DNA of 21,906 nt, taken from NCBI RefSeq assembly GCF_000181795.1, contig NW_003526947.1, positions 189,960 to 211,865 on the forward strand, in the 5' to 3' direction. Below, in pieces: positions 1 to 12,564 of this stretch. Positions within the stretch are counted from its first letter, which is position 1. Each line of letters begins with the position of its first letter. Made by a program: the position numbers and the translations under genes. The DNA comes from Trichinella spiralis (lineage: Eukaryota). The notes beneath the pieces were generated by a model that was not told the DNA's origin, made no database searches, and saw only the letters and a program-made list of their open reading frames with translations.

Positions 1-114
1 CAAAAGTGAAAGAAAAAAAGACAAGCAAATGAAGTTTTTGCAAAAAATAAAAAATGAGAAACAGCTGGAACAAGTTCTCAAAAATACGCATATAAATCAA
101 AAGAACAGCCATAC

Positions 115-3100
115 CCATTCTTCATCTGCTTCGTTATTCCATTCGTCAACTGGCCAACCGTCGGCAGCGGGTGATGCCGACGGCACTGTTTCGTTTTGAA
201 CTTTACCACTTTCCTTCGCCTTGGCAGCCTCTTTCTCCAATTCAGCTGTGGCAATTGAATTTTGCCAAGTTCCAATCTTAGACGTTTTGTCTTCAAACAA
301 AGACGCTCCACCCATTTGCCAGACTAAAAGCAAGAAAAAAATATTAAAATAAAAAAAACGAAAACCAATCGATCGCAGAAAATATCGTTGCGCAATTCAC
401 CGTTCACTTTTTCATTCGTAAAAACGTTCGAATGATAACTACCGTGTCGACCCATTGAGGATGTTCTTCTCGAAGAATTGGCAGAATAGCGCCTGAAAGT
501 CATTTTCATTTTCGAAATTACAAGAAACAAAAAAAATTTTTTTTTTGAATATAAAACCTACCCTCGGCCACGCCCGCGTGCGCCAGACATGTTACGTCCA
601 CGTCCGCCACGATCCGTTCTCGGGAAATTTTCATCCAATCGATCCCTGTCCTTGCCCCATGAAACTGAAAAAAAAATTACATCAATACAATTGTGCACGG
701 TTATTTATCATACGAGGCAACCGATAAACAAAAGTTTATCTAGCAACGTTTATGCGAACAAATATTTGCAGAACTGAAAAAGCAATGATGATAAATGCAG
801 ATTTTGATTTTAAAACGACAAAAATTAAACCGATAAGAGGAGTAAACAAATGCTTCATCAACTAAACTACACTTCACTACCCATTGTGAACTTCAATGAA
901 AAAAAAAGATAACTAACTACTACTTCCACGCATTTAAATGATAACATGCTCGGAAGAATACAAATATTACAGATAACCAACTTTCGATGAACAATAGTGC
1001 TAAATTACTACGACTTTCGCAATTAATTCACGCTAACCATTATATACACACAGCGGCTACCTTTGTCCGCATCAGAAGCCCATCCAATCACTTACTCGCA
1101 TTGTCAAAAAAAATCAATGCATATTTATTTACCTGACCAGAGTTGACTTCAATAATAATTCAGTTAAAAACAATAAATAAAAAATTAACACATTTTCCAA
1201 TACAATTTATTTGCATTCATTGATATTGAAAAAGAAAATTTACTGACCATATTTTTGCACACTGCATAACTTCAAAATAAATACTTGAAATTAATGATAA
1301 AAGCAATCATCGATGTCAAGATTTACAAAAATCGTTTTGCGTCAAAAATTTTGCAATGAAATATGAAACTGAATTGACCTAAATCATCCTACCTGCACAC
1401 ATGTGTTCATTTTGTTTCTGCATGCATCTGAGAAATGTAGGCTAACTGAATACGTGAATAAAAGAAAAAAAAGACAAAGAAGAAATCAACGAAAAAAAAC
1501 ACTCCGACCAGTAGAAATTTTTACAACCTTTCTCCCACCAGAATCATTTATGAAATAACAGTACGCTCAATATTACAACTGCAACTGATCTAATCTAAAT
1601 TGCTTTTAATAAATATTCCATTTAAAATTTATTTGAAAACTGTCAGATTATTGTTTAAAAATAAATAATTTTCGAAAAATAAAAGATTCAATTTAGGCAC
1701 TGTTGTATTTTCAGATTAGACAAACAAGAAAAGACGAAAACGTGATACAGAAAAATTGATAAAACTTGAACCGCCAGTGTTGATTACAAAACAGTAGAAG
1801 AGATAAAATCACTAATGGAAAAGGCATCTAGAGAATTCCGCGGAATCCAGCAGAAAAAAAAAGAATATTTATGAAATAAGCTTAAAATTTAACTGAGATA
1901 AAAGGAATAGAAAAACAAAGTAAGAATGAAAACAGTGAAAGTGGAAAAAAGCAGAAAACAGTTTACAAACCGGTTATGCTTTTACGTTGTGTTGTTTACA
2001 GTGCTAATGTTGAAAAGCAAAAAAAAGGGAAAACAATTTTTTCCAGAGAAACCAAATCTGAAGGAAAAACTTACTCGCATTCTGGCGGCCACCTTGAGTG
2101 GGACGTGGCTGATTAGTTCCGCGTGTGACAGTTTGCTGACCAGCCGAAAAGCCGGTAGTGTCACGACTGCGAATTTGCGAGCGGCCACGTGCGTTAGCGG
2201 ATTTAGCGTCGGGACGCTTTCCGCCACGAAGTTCCCTCTTCACGCCAACAGCCTCTTGTTTCTTTTCTCCTGTTGCTGCCGCTGCCTCGGCAGCAGCCAA
2301 CGCTTGCTGTTGCTTGTGACTCTTTTTCGACTTTCGACTCTCGATAACCACCCATTCACCCTTAATCAAAACAAAAAAAAATCAATAACATGTAAACAAG
2401 ATCAAATTGAAAACAAAAACAAACAAATACGAATTTAAACGCATCAGAGTAACTATGACCACTCCTTCAGCAAAAATAAGGCTACAATTTTATCATCACT
2501 GCGTGATTAAGATCAGTTTCGGTTATAAATCAAAATGCTCATCATCTGATTAAAACAATAACAACAACCAACAACTTCAAAATCCCCCTACTGAAAATTT
2601 CAAAACGATCCATTTAACCCTGACCTTGAAAAGAACATCAAGCAACACACGATCGCCAGTGTCACATTATAAGAAACAGGAAAATGTTTTTATTTCTCAT
2701 TTTAACTAAATTTTTTAATAACTCAAATTATCTGAAAAAAAAAATGAAAAAATAAAACACCTGGTTATCGCCTTCCAGTAGTGCGTTGACCGTTTTGTCG
2801 ACCAAATAATCACAGTCGTACAATGCAACAATGACTTCACTTTCTTCGTGACCAGTAAGATTGACAATCTGTTAACGCATCAAAAATATTATTAAACAAC
2901 CGCACGAAAAAAACAAAAATGAAAAACTTCATACGTATTGCACTTTGCGCTTAATGTCCTCTTCACTTGCAGGAGCTTTGTTCAACTCAGCAAGATCGGG
3001 CAATTCGGCAGTATTCTTTAAAAAAAAGATAATAACACAAAAACTGACAATAAAAAAAATAAAAAATCAAAAAAAAGTCGTACCACTTTTTTCTTAGAAT

Positions 3101-3134
3101 CTTCACTGCTAGTCAAAAAATCTCGGTTACCCAT
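115..3134 (-). CDS. pqn-59: UBAP2/UBAP2L/lingerer (PQN-59-like) RNA-binding, stress-granule protein; 5' portion, 3' end outside the window
   Basis: Hand-spliced with GT-AG introns and consistent phases: exons 3134-3084 (MGNRDFLTSSEDSKKKV), 3015-2935, 2868-2761, 2360-2075, 664-562, 492-401, 323-115. Exons 2-4 give KRKVQYIVNLTGHEESEVIVALYDCDYLVDKTVNALLEG...EW, matching the UBAP2-family UBA domain. An RGG/RG-rich segment (DRGGRGRNMSGARGRGRG) and an acidic DEWNNEADEEW motif follow. The start codon and the donor at 401 are less certain. Confidence 0.85.
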
Positions 3135-6100
3135 TCTGTTGTGATGTCACAGTAAAAGCTTTTCACATAACCCTAAAATGAAATAAATTTGATCGCTTGT
3201 TGCCTGAAAACAGCACGCCTGACGACAACGTGATGTCGAGACGCGCAATAAAGCAGTCGCGCTCGGAGGAAAAAAACAAACAAACAAAAAATTAACTGAT
3301 GGAATAACCGCAAATTTTATAATTAAAAATAAAATTCAGGCGTATTATACATTCAACAGAGCAAAGAACAGGCCACATCTACGAGACGAACCGAGCGAAA
3401 ATGTCAACTGCCAACCGACCTCTACCAGAAAACCAACCACACTGAAAGCTCCAATGAAAGATAATGCTTGCGTGTAAGTCTGACTGTACTTTAACAGAAA
3501 TTATGATTCGCAAGATAAAAATATTTCATACTGTAGATAAATTGTAAAATTATAGATTGAGAAAAATAAAATATTTTTCATTTTTATTTTTTAATAATAA
3601 TAATTAAAAAAATAAAGTAAATATTTTTTAAAATAAAATGAGGCTTTTAAATATAATTTAATCGCTTCATTACTGTATACTGCCACTTTTTATGTTTTCG
3701 TATGATGATCAAGGTTTAAAATTTATACATCCATAAAAAATTATTTTGAAAAATAGAAAATTGATTTATTTAATTTAAACATTTCAATACAAATGCTAAA
3801 ATTAAAGAATTTTCCATTCTCCGCAAACAAAACTTAAAATTAAAATAATTGACATTTACCAGTTCATTCGTAAAGATGATATAAAATTTTCATAATATTA
3901 AAGTAACGATAATTTACATTTAAATGTAACATACTTCAATGTTATCAAAATTAATTATTTCTTTTACCGTAATCTGCTGACATGTTCCTATTTCTTGCTA
4001 TGTATTCGCATGCTGATTAGTTTTTTGATAAATTATTTTTAAAAAGTTTATTTTATTAATATGAATCAGCTGAGAAGGTAATTAAAAATGTAATATTGAA
4101 AATTTCTTATTACATTTTTTGAATAGATAACTTTTTTGCCTTTCTCATATTATTTTAGAGAATTGCAATTCTAAAAAGACGTTTGTTTTGTTAAAGTTTT
4201 AGGATGAAAAAGTAAGGCAGTTTTTTTGCTTTTTTTTGAAAATTTTAATACAAATTATGTTTTTAAGGCTTGGGTTATGTTTGACCACAGCTGCCGTTTG
4301 TTGATGCTTATTTAGCTAGCAAATTGAATTTGTTTATTAATTTAATGGTAATTGAAACATGTTCACATCATATTTTATCTTTAGATCTTTTTGATTTATA
4401 CTGCATTCCGTTTTACTTCATTTTTACTGAAAAAAATGTAAGTTTATAAAACTATTGAAAAATTAATGAAATTGAATGTTAATTACAAGATGATTATCAT
4501 TTAGAGTGGAGAAATGTTTGAAAAGATTTTTATCTCAATGTAAATTAATTAGCAACGAATTATTTATAATACTTCAACGGAATGAACGGTTTTATTCAAA
4601 GTCTGCTTTTCATTAGTTGGATGACTGCATCGTTGTTAATATTATGTGCTGCAAATAAAGTTTTCAGGATTTTTATTACTTACCTGGTAACTTTGTTATT
4701 TTTTTATACAAAATGTGCTTTTTACTATAAAATTCTTGCCTCAATCTGAAAGATGCTACTGTTTTCAGTAAGTGTACCATTTTGGAGTTGCTGAATTATT
4801 AGAATTAAAATGTCAAGGAAAAATTTGAAAACAATAAGTGTTATAAATAATAATGTAAGAAAATAATAAATCAGAAGGTCATCAGTGAAAAATTGAAAAT
4901 GTAGGAGTAAAATGTCTAAGCGACAAGCAACATTATTACACTATTTCTAATGAAATGGGCATTTCGTTTAAATTATACAGTACTCACTTTTAAAAGTAAA
5001 ACTAGTTCATATTTGATGTTAATTTTACGAAGAAGATGTTGAAACTAATTCCATAAGTGATAATCTGAAATGGTTTTTCTCTAATTGTGTGCAAAATGTC
5101 TGAAAAGTCAATTAGTACGAGCATACTATTTGAAAAAAAAATTAATGATGATACTCTTTTTTAATTTGTTATTTAATTCTGTACGCTTATTATAAGTCTT
5201 ATGTATTTAAAAAATGAGAAAAAAAACAATTCAGAAAGTGAATGGAATTCACGAATGCTTTGTGATGATGAACATTTGATTTGTAACTGGATGTTTCATA
5301 AGTTTAACTGAGTTGGGAGAAAAGTAAATTTCATTTGACTATAACAGCATTAAAAAGCAAACTTTAACTTACAATGTCAATGTTGGAAACAGCAATTTGT
5401 TAATTTGTTAAGCAGCATTATTTTTAATGCTATTTATCTGATCATGAGAATGCGAAATTAATCCATAATTGTGCTGTTTCATTTCAGATTTTGAACTCGT
5501 CGCAAGTGTGCAGTTTGAGAATTAGTAGATTTTCTTACAATCTTATTGAACACAATTGTATGGTGCTTTATTAAAAGAATTGTTTTTTTTAAGCATAATG
5601 CTTTTCTGAAAGTTTGAGTTACTTTTTTTGTTGTGAAACATATATTTTTCAACAAACGAATTATTTTGATTAGATATTAGCTTTTTTTGTTTTTTAAATC
5701 ACATACTACATACGTACAATTTCCATTTGCGTGTGGAGAGTATTTGTAATGAAGATTAGTAAGAAAAGATTCGAATTATTTGTTGATTGATAACTTTTTG
5801 ATTATGAAAGTTCCGCGAATGAGGGTTGTTTGATCAGTTGTGAAAAAAGTTCAAGTAAAGCTTTGTAATGCAGTTTTTTTTTCTAACTTTGCGGTAACAA
5901 CTTTTCATAAATTGGATTATTTGATGATGGTGTTGTGTTTGTTTGTAAAAAAGAATGTTCATCTGATTCATCCGATCGTGGTGTAGTATAAATAATGAGG
6001 GCAGGTTTGAAACAATAGATGACGAATGTGTTTTATAAACGAGAACGATTGTTTTATTGCAATTTTGCTGATTTTGAAATTTCAACTCATTGATGCGTGA

Positions 6101-7497
6101 AGTGTGTTGTTCAGAATTGAAACAATCATAAATGTAAATCCGAATTTTTTAATGACACAGAAAAGTGAAGATATAAATTTTGATGATGAATTATTTTTGA
6201 TTAGGATGTTGAGTTGAAGTTGCATTTTCAGTTGAAAAATCATCAATAATTAAATAAATGAAATTACAAGCGAAAGTTATATGTAAGAAATTGCGTCTTC
6301 CAAATACACTGATCAATTGTAATTTATCTGATGAAATTTGTTTCAAGTGAACAGTTTTCACAATTAATCTGTGTATGATATTCAAATGAATGACACACAT
6401 GCGTGCGTGTGTGTGTATGTGTGACGCTTTGTATTTCAATGCAATAAACTTCGAAACAAGTAATGTGGAATTCATTGTAGATTTTAAGTTTCAATGAAAT
6501 TTCTTGATAATTTCAAATAAAATTTGCATAATCGAATAGTCTGATCGTTGTCGTCAAGTTTGTGCATGCGTGTACGTGCGTATATGTTTCGTTTTGAAAT
6601 TTCTCAACTTGACTGACCTTGTGTTCAATTCAATTACTATGCAGATGTCGATGATCAAGTACAATTGACATTGTCAGTATTGTTACTGTAGATTTGTCGT
6701 GTGTGAGCCTTCTCAGCTTGTCGGTCGTCAGCTGCGTCGTCTGCGTTGACACGTCCGACGAGTCTCGTCTGAAAAACGTGTCTCATCGTTCTCCTTTTCG
6801 ATTCCGTTTTTTTTCTTCGGTCGGAACAAATCTGAAATTTTCATCGCTACGACAGTTGATTTGTTGTTGCTTATTATTATTATTTTTTATTTTTGAAAAA
6901 TTAAAGAAATCCTTTATGCGTACAGTATGAAAATTTTCTACCGATTTGTCAAATTATATTTTATTTTTGTTTTGTTATTTCTCGTATTTTATCGGTAGAA
7001 TTGAATTACGGCCAAGTAACGGTATTACTGTATGAGGAGTTGAGGTTTGGAAACGACACGAATGTGGAAATTTCGTTTGGCCGAACGAGAAGAGTTCTTG
7101 ATTTTCCTTTTTATTTCTTTTTGTTTTTTATTTTCAATTGAACGAGGTCAAGGTTAGCAATGTTCGACGAGCGAATGTCACTTTGTTGTTGGTCAAATCG
7201 AATAATTAATTGATGTATAGTGTATTATTTTTTTAAAAATTTGAAATTTATACAATTTCATTGCATGAATATTTTTCAAAAGTAAATATTGTTAATTTGT
7301 CTGTCTGTCTATTAGTTTGTTTATTTTTGTTAATTAATTCAATGAATTTTTTCAGAATTATATTTTTGTTGTTGTTTTTTTCTAAATTAATCATTTGAAT
7401 GGCTATTTCGTATGTTGTGCGTATAAGTTGATTGAGGTATTACTTTTTGCATGCTTGGTTGGTTGGCCGATTGAGCTTTTACTTCTTCATTCACCCT

Positions 7498-7577
7498 CCG
7501 CCGCCGCCGCGGCGCCGCCGCCGTCGCCGTCGCCACTGCCGCCACCGCCACTGCCGTCGCGCCGCCGCCGCCGCCGC
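7498..7577. repeat. Imperfect (GCC)n trinucleotide tract / GC-rich island upstream of the E-protein gene
   Basis: ccgccgccgccgcggcgccgccgccgtcgccgtcgccactgccgccacc... seen directly in an otherwise very AT-rich region. Confidence 0.85.
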
Positions 7578-8031
7578 TTTCTGCTGAGTGTGTCAATATT
7601 TAGCGTCGAGGCGGACGTTGCTGTTGGGCGAGTTGGATGGAAAATTCGGCGCCGGCGGCCGTCAATTAAATTACATTTAACTGTTTTCTTCAGTCAATTT
7701 GTGCGACCGTTTTCCGCGCGTGCGATTGATAAATAGGAAGAGATCGAAATCGATTTGCCGCTTACAACTAACTTTCCGTCGATCGATCGATTCGAATTAA
7801 ATATATTTTTTTTTCATAAACTCCAAAAAAAAATTCACCTTATTCATTCGCAATTTTTTTTCCTCCATTGTTTATTTGTCTGTTTGTTTGTATCTTTTTT
7901 TTACTTCAGTGCCTGGGAACGATCGACGGCGCTAGATTTTGTTCGGAAGAAGAGCAATTTGTTGAAAAGAAGAAAGAAAAAGCAGCCGCTAATAGGAAGG
8001 GAAGAATCATTTGAAACTGTTCGCCAGCAGT

Positions 8032-8430
8032 ATGTCTGAAGTACCATCAGTGACAGGTTCCGTTTGGAATGGTCTTACAACGACCGATGCCGGGGTTTGT
8101 GTTGTTGTTGTTGAATTTATGAAATTATTATTTTTTTTCATTTATTATTATTATTAAATTCTAGTCACGTGAGGCAAACGTTGGTTATTCATCATTAAAT
8201 GAAAATCAAAAACGTTTGGTAATTGTTGATATATATATAGTTTCGTTTTTTGTTTAAATTGAATGTTCAAATTATCCATTTTATCATGTTTCATTTTTTA
8301 GTTTGCACCTTCTGGTACACCGATCAACGCTACTACTGCTGGTGCTGCTGGACTGAGTCAAACACATTTCGTCAACAAAGCACCTCTAACATGTACCAAC
8401 GTTGAATATTACGGTTATACATGCATACAT

Positions 8431-8461
<31 letters not shown>

Positions 8462-11400
8462 AATACCGAGAAATTGTATTTTCTAATGAAAGGAATAATT
8501 AAAATTTATTTTTTTTTCTCGGATAATTTCAGGCGAAACTACACCGGATTATTGGTTAGCATCGTCGGGAGCAGCAGCGGCCAATGTTCTCAATTCGGCC
8601 AATTTACCGGCTAGTCCGTATTCAACGATGATTGAGGCCGGCGCCGGTGGATACAGTGGCGTATTACCAAATGCTCTCGTATCCGACCTGACCCCGTTGG
8701 CACCGGTCGGTTCCAATAATTTGGTCAAATTTGGTCCAACCATACAGCCATCATTTTTGCCGGCCGCTGCCGCATTCGGCGGCCTACATCCAACACAAAC
8801 TGGCGAAGCTTTGGGAAAAGCATTGGCTTCTGTATGAGATGGGCAATTTTTCACTTTTTTCTATTAAAAAATATATTCAAATTAATTTATATCATATTTT
8901 TCTTTTTCTCTCTTTGTCTTTCTTTACATTTCAGATTTATTCTGATCAGTTGTCTACGGGAGAATTAAGCTCTTGGGTAGCCGCAGATGCCGGACAGCAA
9001 ATTTTGCCCGGTACAGCAGCTGACACACTTGGCTATCGAAATTTGAACGTCTATCCTTCTTCACTGGTAATGGAATATAATATTTGATTGAATTTCTTTT
9101 TTAAATTATTCTGTCAATATGTGTACTGGTGTATATTTGTATAATTGAAGTGTTCACGTACGTAACAGAATTTTCTGTAATTGCATTTGTCGAATTTTAC
9201 AAACACTGAAGAACAGTAAGTAGAGAGGCGGTTGTTTGCCTACTCGGCTTTTGGCAAACAGTTATCATTTTAGTGTCGGTTGGTCAACAGCTAATTACTA
9301 ATTTCGGTGGTTACTAAATCGCCAGTTGGAAGTATCTTCTTCCGCGTTGATTTTTCTTCTTCTTCTTCTTCTTCAGCAACACGTTTTTCAAAAAGAAAAA
9401 AAATTTCTTTCAAAAACTTGTCCAACGGAACAAATTTTCAATTAAACAGTCGAAGGGAATATAAGGAAGGGGGCTGGATGCATGCATCAATGCATGGCTT
9501 GATGTCATCGTATGGAAAAATTTTCCATTGACAATTGCAAATTTAACCTTGAACGACATCCATCATCCTATTACATACTGTGAACTATTCTTTTTCATCT
9601 TATTCAATTTTTGCATATTTTTCGGAGCATTATTTTGTTTTTCTTTATAATTTTTTTTTACTATTTTTCCTCTTTATCATTTGCTTGGCATGTTGGAAGT
9701 ACAATTTTATTTTATTTTATTTTATTTTATTTTTTTGAAAGTATATAAATAAATAAATATATTATATATTTTGTTCATTTACTTCCTTGATTCTTTTGAC
9801 GTTTTGAAAAAAGAAAAATCTTCCGTACCAGTTGGTCACTTTCTCTCATTTTTCACTTTTGTCGTTCTTTTTGCACTTTTTTGTTTTTTTCTAAAATCTG
9901 CTCAGCCGGAGAAAATCTGTTCATTTTTATTATTTATCTTGATCTTGCAATCTTGTTGGATCAAGAAAACAAAAAAAAATAAATAAATATATATATATAT
10001 TTGATGATTTACAATTTGATAAAATGTATTCCACAAACATGATACTGATAATATTACTTTGGATCCAATATTCTAATTTTAATATCTGTGTAGGAAATGA
10101 GTGAAAATTTTTTCCATTTGACAATTATTTTCTGTCAACTGCTTTTTTATTGTTCTTGTTGTTGCAAACGTAAGCTGACGTCATTGCATTCCATTGTTTT
10201 TTTTCTCGTTTTCCTATATATATATATATATGTATGTATTCTTTTTTTTTGGTATGTCTGTCTGCGTGAAAATATACGAATGTGTAGCACTGTAGAATTT
10301 TGTTGATTCGATTCGATTTGATTGTTCTGGTTGAATTGTAATTTATGGCGGTGGGTGGGTGTGGTGGGTAGGTGATGATTTTGTTGTTGTTGTTGTTGTT
10401 GTGGTCAGTGGGAAAATTTTTCACAAGAGATGCCAGCATTTGACGACCAGTAGTAGTAGTAATAGTAGTAGTGGTATAATGAAATCAATAGAATGCAGGA
10501 AAATTGATTTAACCAAGTGCTATTTTGTAGAGCAAACAATCGCTAGAAGAAAGCGGCTCACTGATCGACAGTCGTATCAGTAGTCCGTCCAATGTGTTCA
10601 ATGGTAAATTGAAATTGATTTCATTTGCTTTTTTATTTTTGTCCTTCTTCTTTTTATTATCGTCAGTGGTTGAAGATGTTTCGACGTTTGCAGGCTTACA
10701 CGGGCACACCCCAGATTTGAATAGTTCAAATGCGAGTTCCGATTTGCCGTCCGGCGTGTCGGCTGCTTCTGCCACTGCTGGTAGTGGCGCTGCTGCTGCT
10801 GCTGCTGCTGCTGGTAGTGGCGATATTCATTCGGATATTAACGACTTGAGGGCAATGGGCGCTTGTTCAACGGCCGGTCCGTTGTCCAGTATGTCCATTG
10901 GTCAGCCTCGATCGTCCAGCGTCGGTGGAGGCAAAAAGCGAAATCGTTGCGTGCAAAATGAAACGGATGACGCGATTGGAGGCGAAGACAAAGAACGACG
11001 TGAACGCGACCGCCGTAGCGCCAACAACGCCAGGGAAAGGTTGGTTTCTTTCTGTATATGTAAAATATATATATACCTTTGACGAAAATTTTCCCACCCA
11101 ACTTTACTTGTTGCATTGATTGCAGAATAAGGGTCCGTGACATTAATGAAGCTTTCAAAGAATTGGGTCGCATGTGTTCCATACATCTCAATTCGGAAAA
11201 GGTGCAGACCAAATTGGGCATTCTACACCAGGCAGTTTCCGTTATCACTTCTCTTGAACAGCAGGTTGTTTTTATTTAATTTTATTTAAATATTCAATTT
11301 TGTTCCCTTTTTACAGTATATTTTTCTTTTGTTCAGGTACGTGAACGAAATTTGAATCCAAAAGCAGCTCATTTGAAACGACGAGAAGAAGAAAAATTAA

Positions 11401-11644
11401 ATGGTTCCGATGTAAAAATGGCGCCGCACGTCAACGTTCAACACATGACCAATACCGCTGTTCCAGGACACATGGATGCGATGCGTTTGCTTTCATCTGT
11501 TCCTGTTTCAGTAACACAGCAACATTCTTATTTTTCATTATTTATTCTTCTTTTTTTTGCCGTTTACAAATTTAGCCATTTTTTTCTTTTTGATTTCAGG
11601 CTACGGGAAGTGGCTTTGCTGAAACGACACATTTGACTAGCTGA
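8032..11644 (+). CDS. hlh-2: Class I bHLH E-protein (daughterless/HLH-2/TCF3-4-12 family), 10 coding exons, about 487 aa
   Basis: Exons 8032-8094, 8165-8218, 8302-8413, 8533-8831, 8935-9066, 10531-10603, 10667-11039, 11126-11264, 11337-11510 and 11600-11644 join in frame (1464 nt) with GT-AG introns. The bHLH reads [27 protein letters not shown]...[31 protein letters not shown]. The E-protein motif [15 protein letters not shown] spans exons 4 and 5. The N-terminal exons and last exon rest on splice signals and frame only. Confidence 0.92.
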
Positions 11645-12509
11645 TGATGTATTATTATTATTATAATTATTATTATTATTTGCGTTTTTTGCTCATAATT
11701 TTATATTTTTTTTTACTCTTTATTGAAATTATTGCTCTTCCGTCCGTTTGCTGCATACTGTTGTTGATTGATGGGTCGGGTCATGCTGAAATCGGAAAAA
11801 ATGGACTTGGAAAGCTATTCATTATTTTTTCTTAGCTTTCATGCTTGCTTGCTTGCTTGCTTGCTTTTACCAAATTAATTTTTATCGTTTTGTTTTACAA
11901 AATTGGCTATTCACTTTGCAGTTTTTTTTTGTTTTACCGAACAGTTTGATGGAATATATTTTTTATACATTTTTGCTGCACCTTTCATCAAATTGCACCG
12001 GAAAATATTTGTTATTAATCAGTTCATGTTATGTTTTTTTTTTAAATATTTTCCACTTTTATTTAAAAAAATGTCCTATTCAAATTCGTGCATTCGGTAC
12101 TTGTTCTCACTTCCCAAATTTTACACTTGTGCTTGCTTGATTATTTTTGCTTGCTTCACTTCGTGCCAGATCAATTCCACTATCACAACAGTCCACTAAT
12201 TACATTCCTTTAATTTGCCAGTTTCAATGTGCAAATGACAGTTTTATTATTTAATTTATTTAACGTGGATTTTATTCAATTTCACTTTACATATTATTCA
12301 AAAAATGCTTCCATTATTCTTATTTGTATCTGTCCAAATATGTAATGTCCATATGGTACATTGTTTTTTTTTTAATTATATATTCCCTCGACAACGAATA
12401 CACACGTACACACACATATACCTGAAGAAGTAAATGCCCAGAAAGATATTTATCTGTATATATAGTCTTATATTCGTGTATGTGTGTGTCGGTGTGCGTC
12501 GTATATACA

Positions 12510-12564
12510 CATATATATATATATATATATGTATCTATATCTATCTATATCTATATCTCTATCT
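12510..12564. repeat. (TA)n/(TATCTA)n microsatellite downstream of the E-protein stop codon
   Basis: Seen directly. Other microsatellites: (GATA)n about 8441-8460, (TTC)n 9354-9374, (GTT)n 10381-10400 and 13922-13947, (TGCT)n 11842-11865, (CA)n 16120-16146. Confidence 0.9.

Noticed and set aside
1835..1846. 12-bp palindrome ATTCCGCGGAAT
   Set aside because: It is isolated and short, with no supporting context.
1926..2438. 170-aa plus-strand ORF and other antisense ORFs (8549-8854, 10509-11248)
   Set aside because: These are shadows of real exons on the opposite strand.
3500..6500. AT-rich intergenic stretch between the divergent genes, including short ORFs 5834-6085 and 6191-6475
   Set aside because: I see no coherent exon chain, domain or repeat structure.
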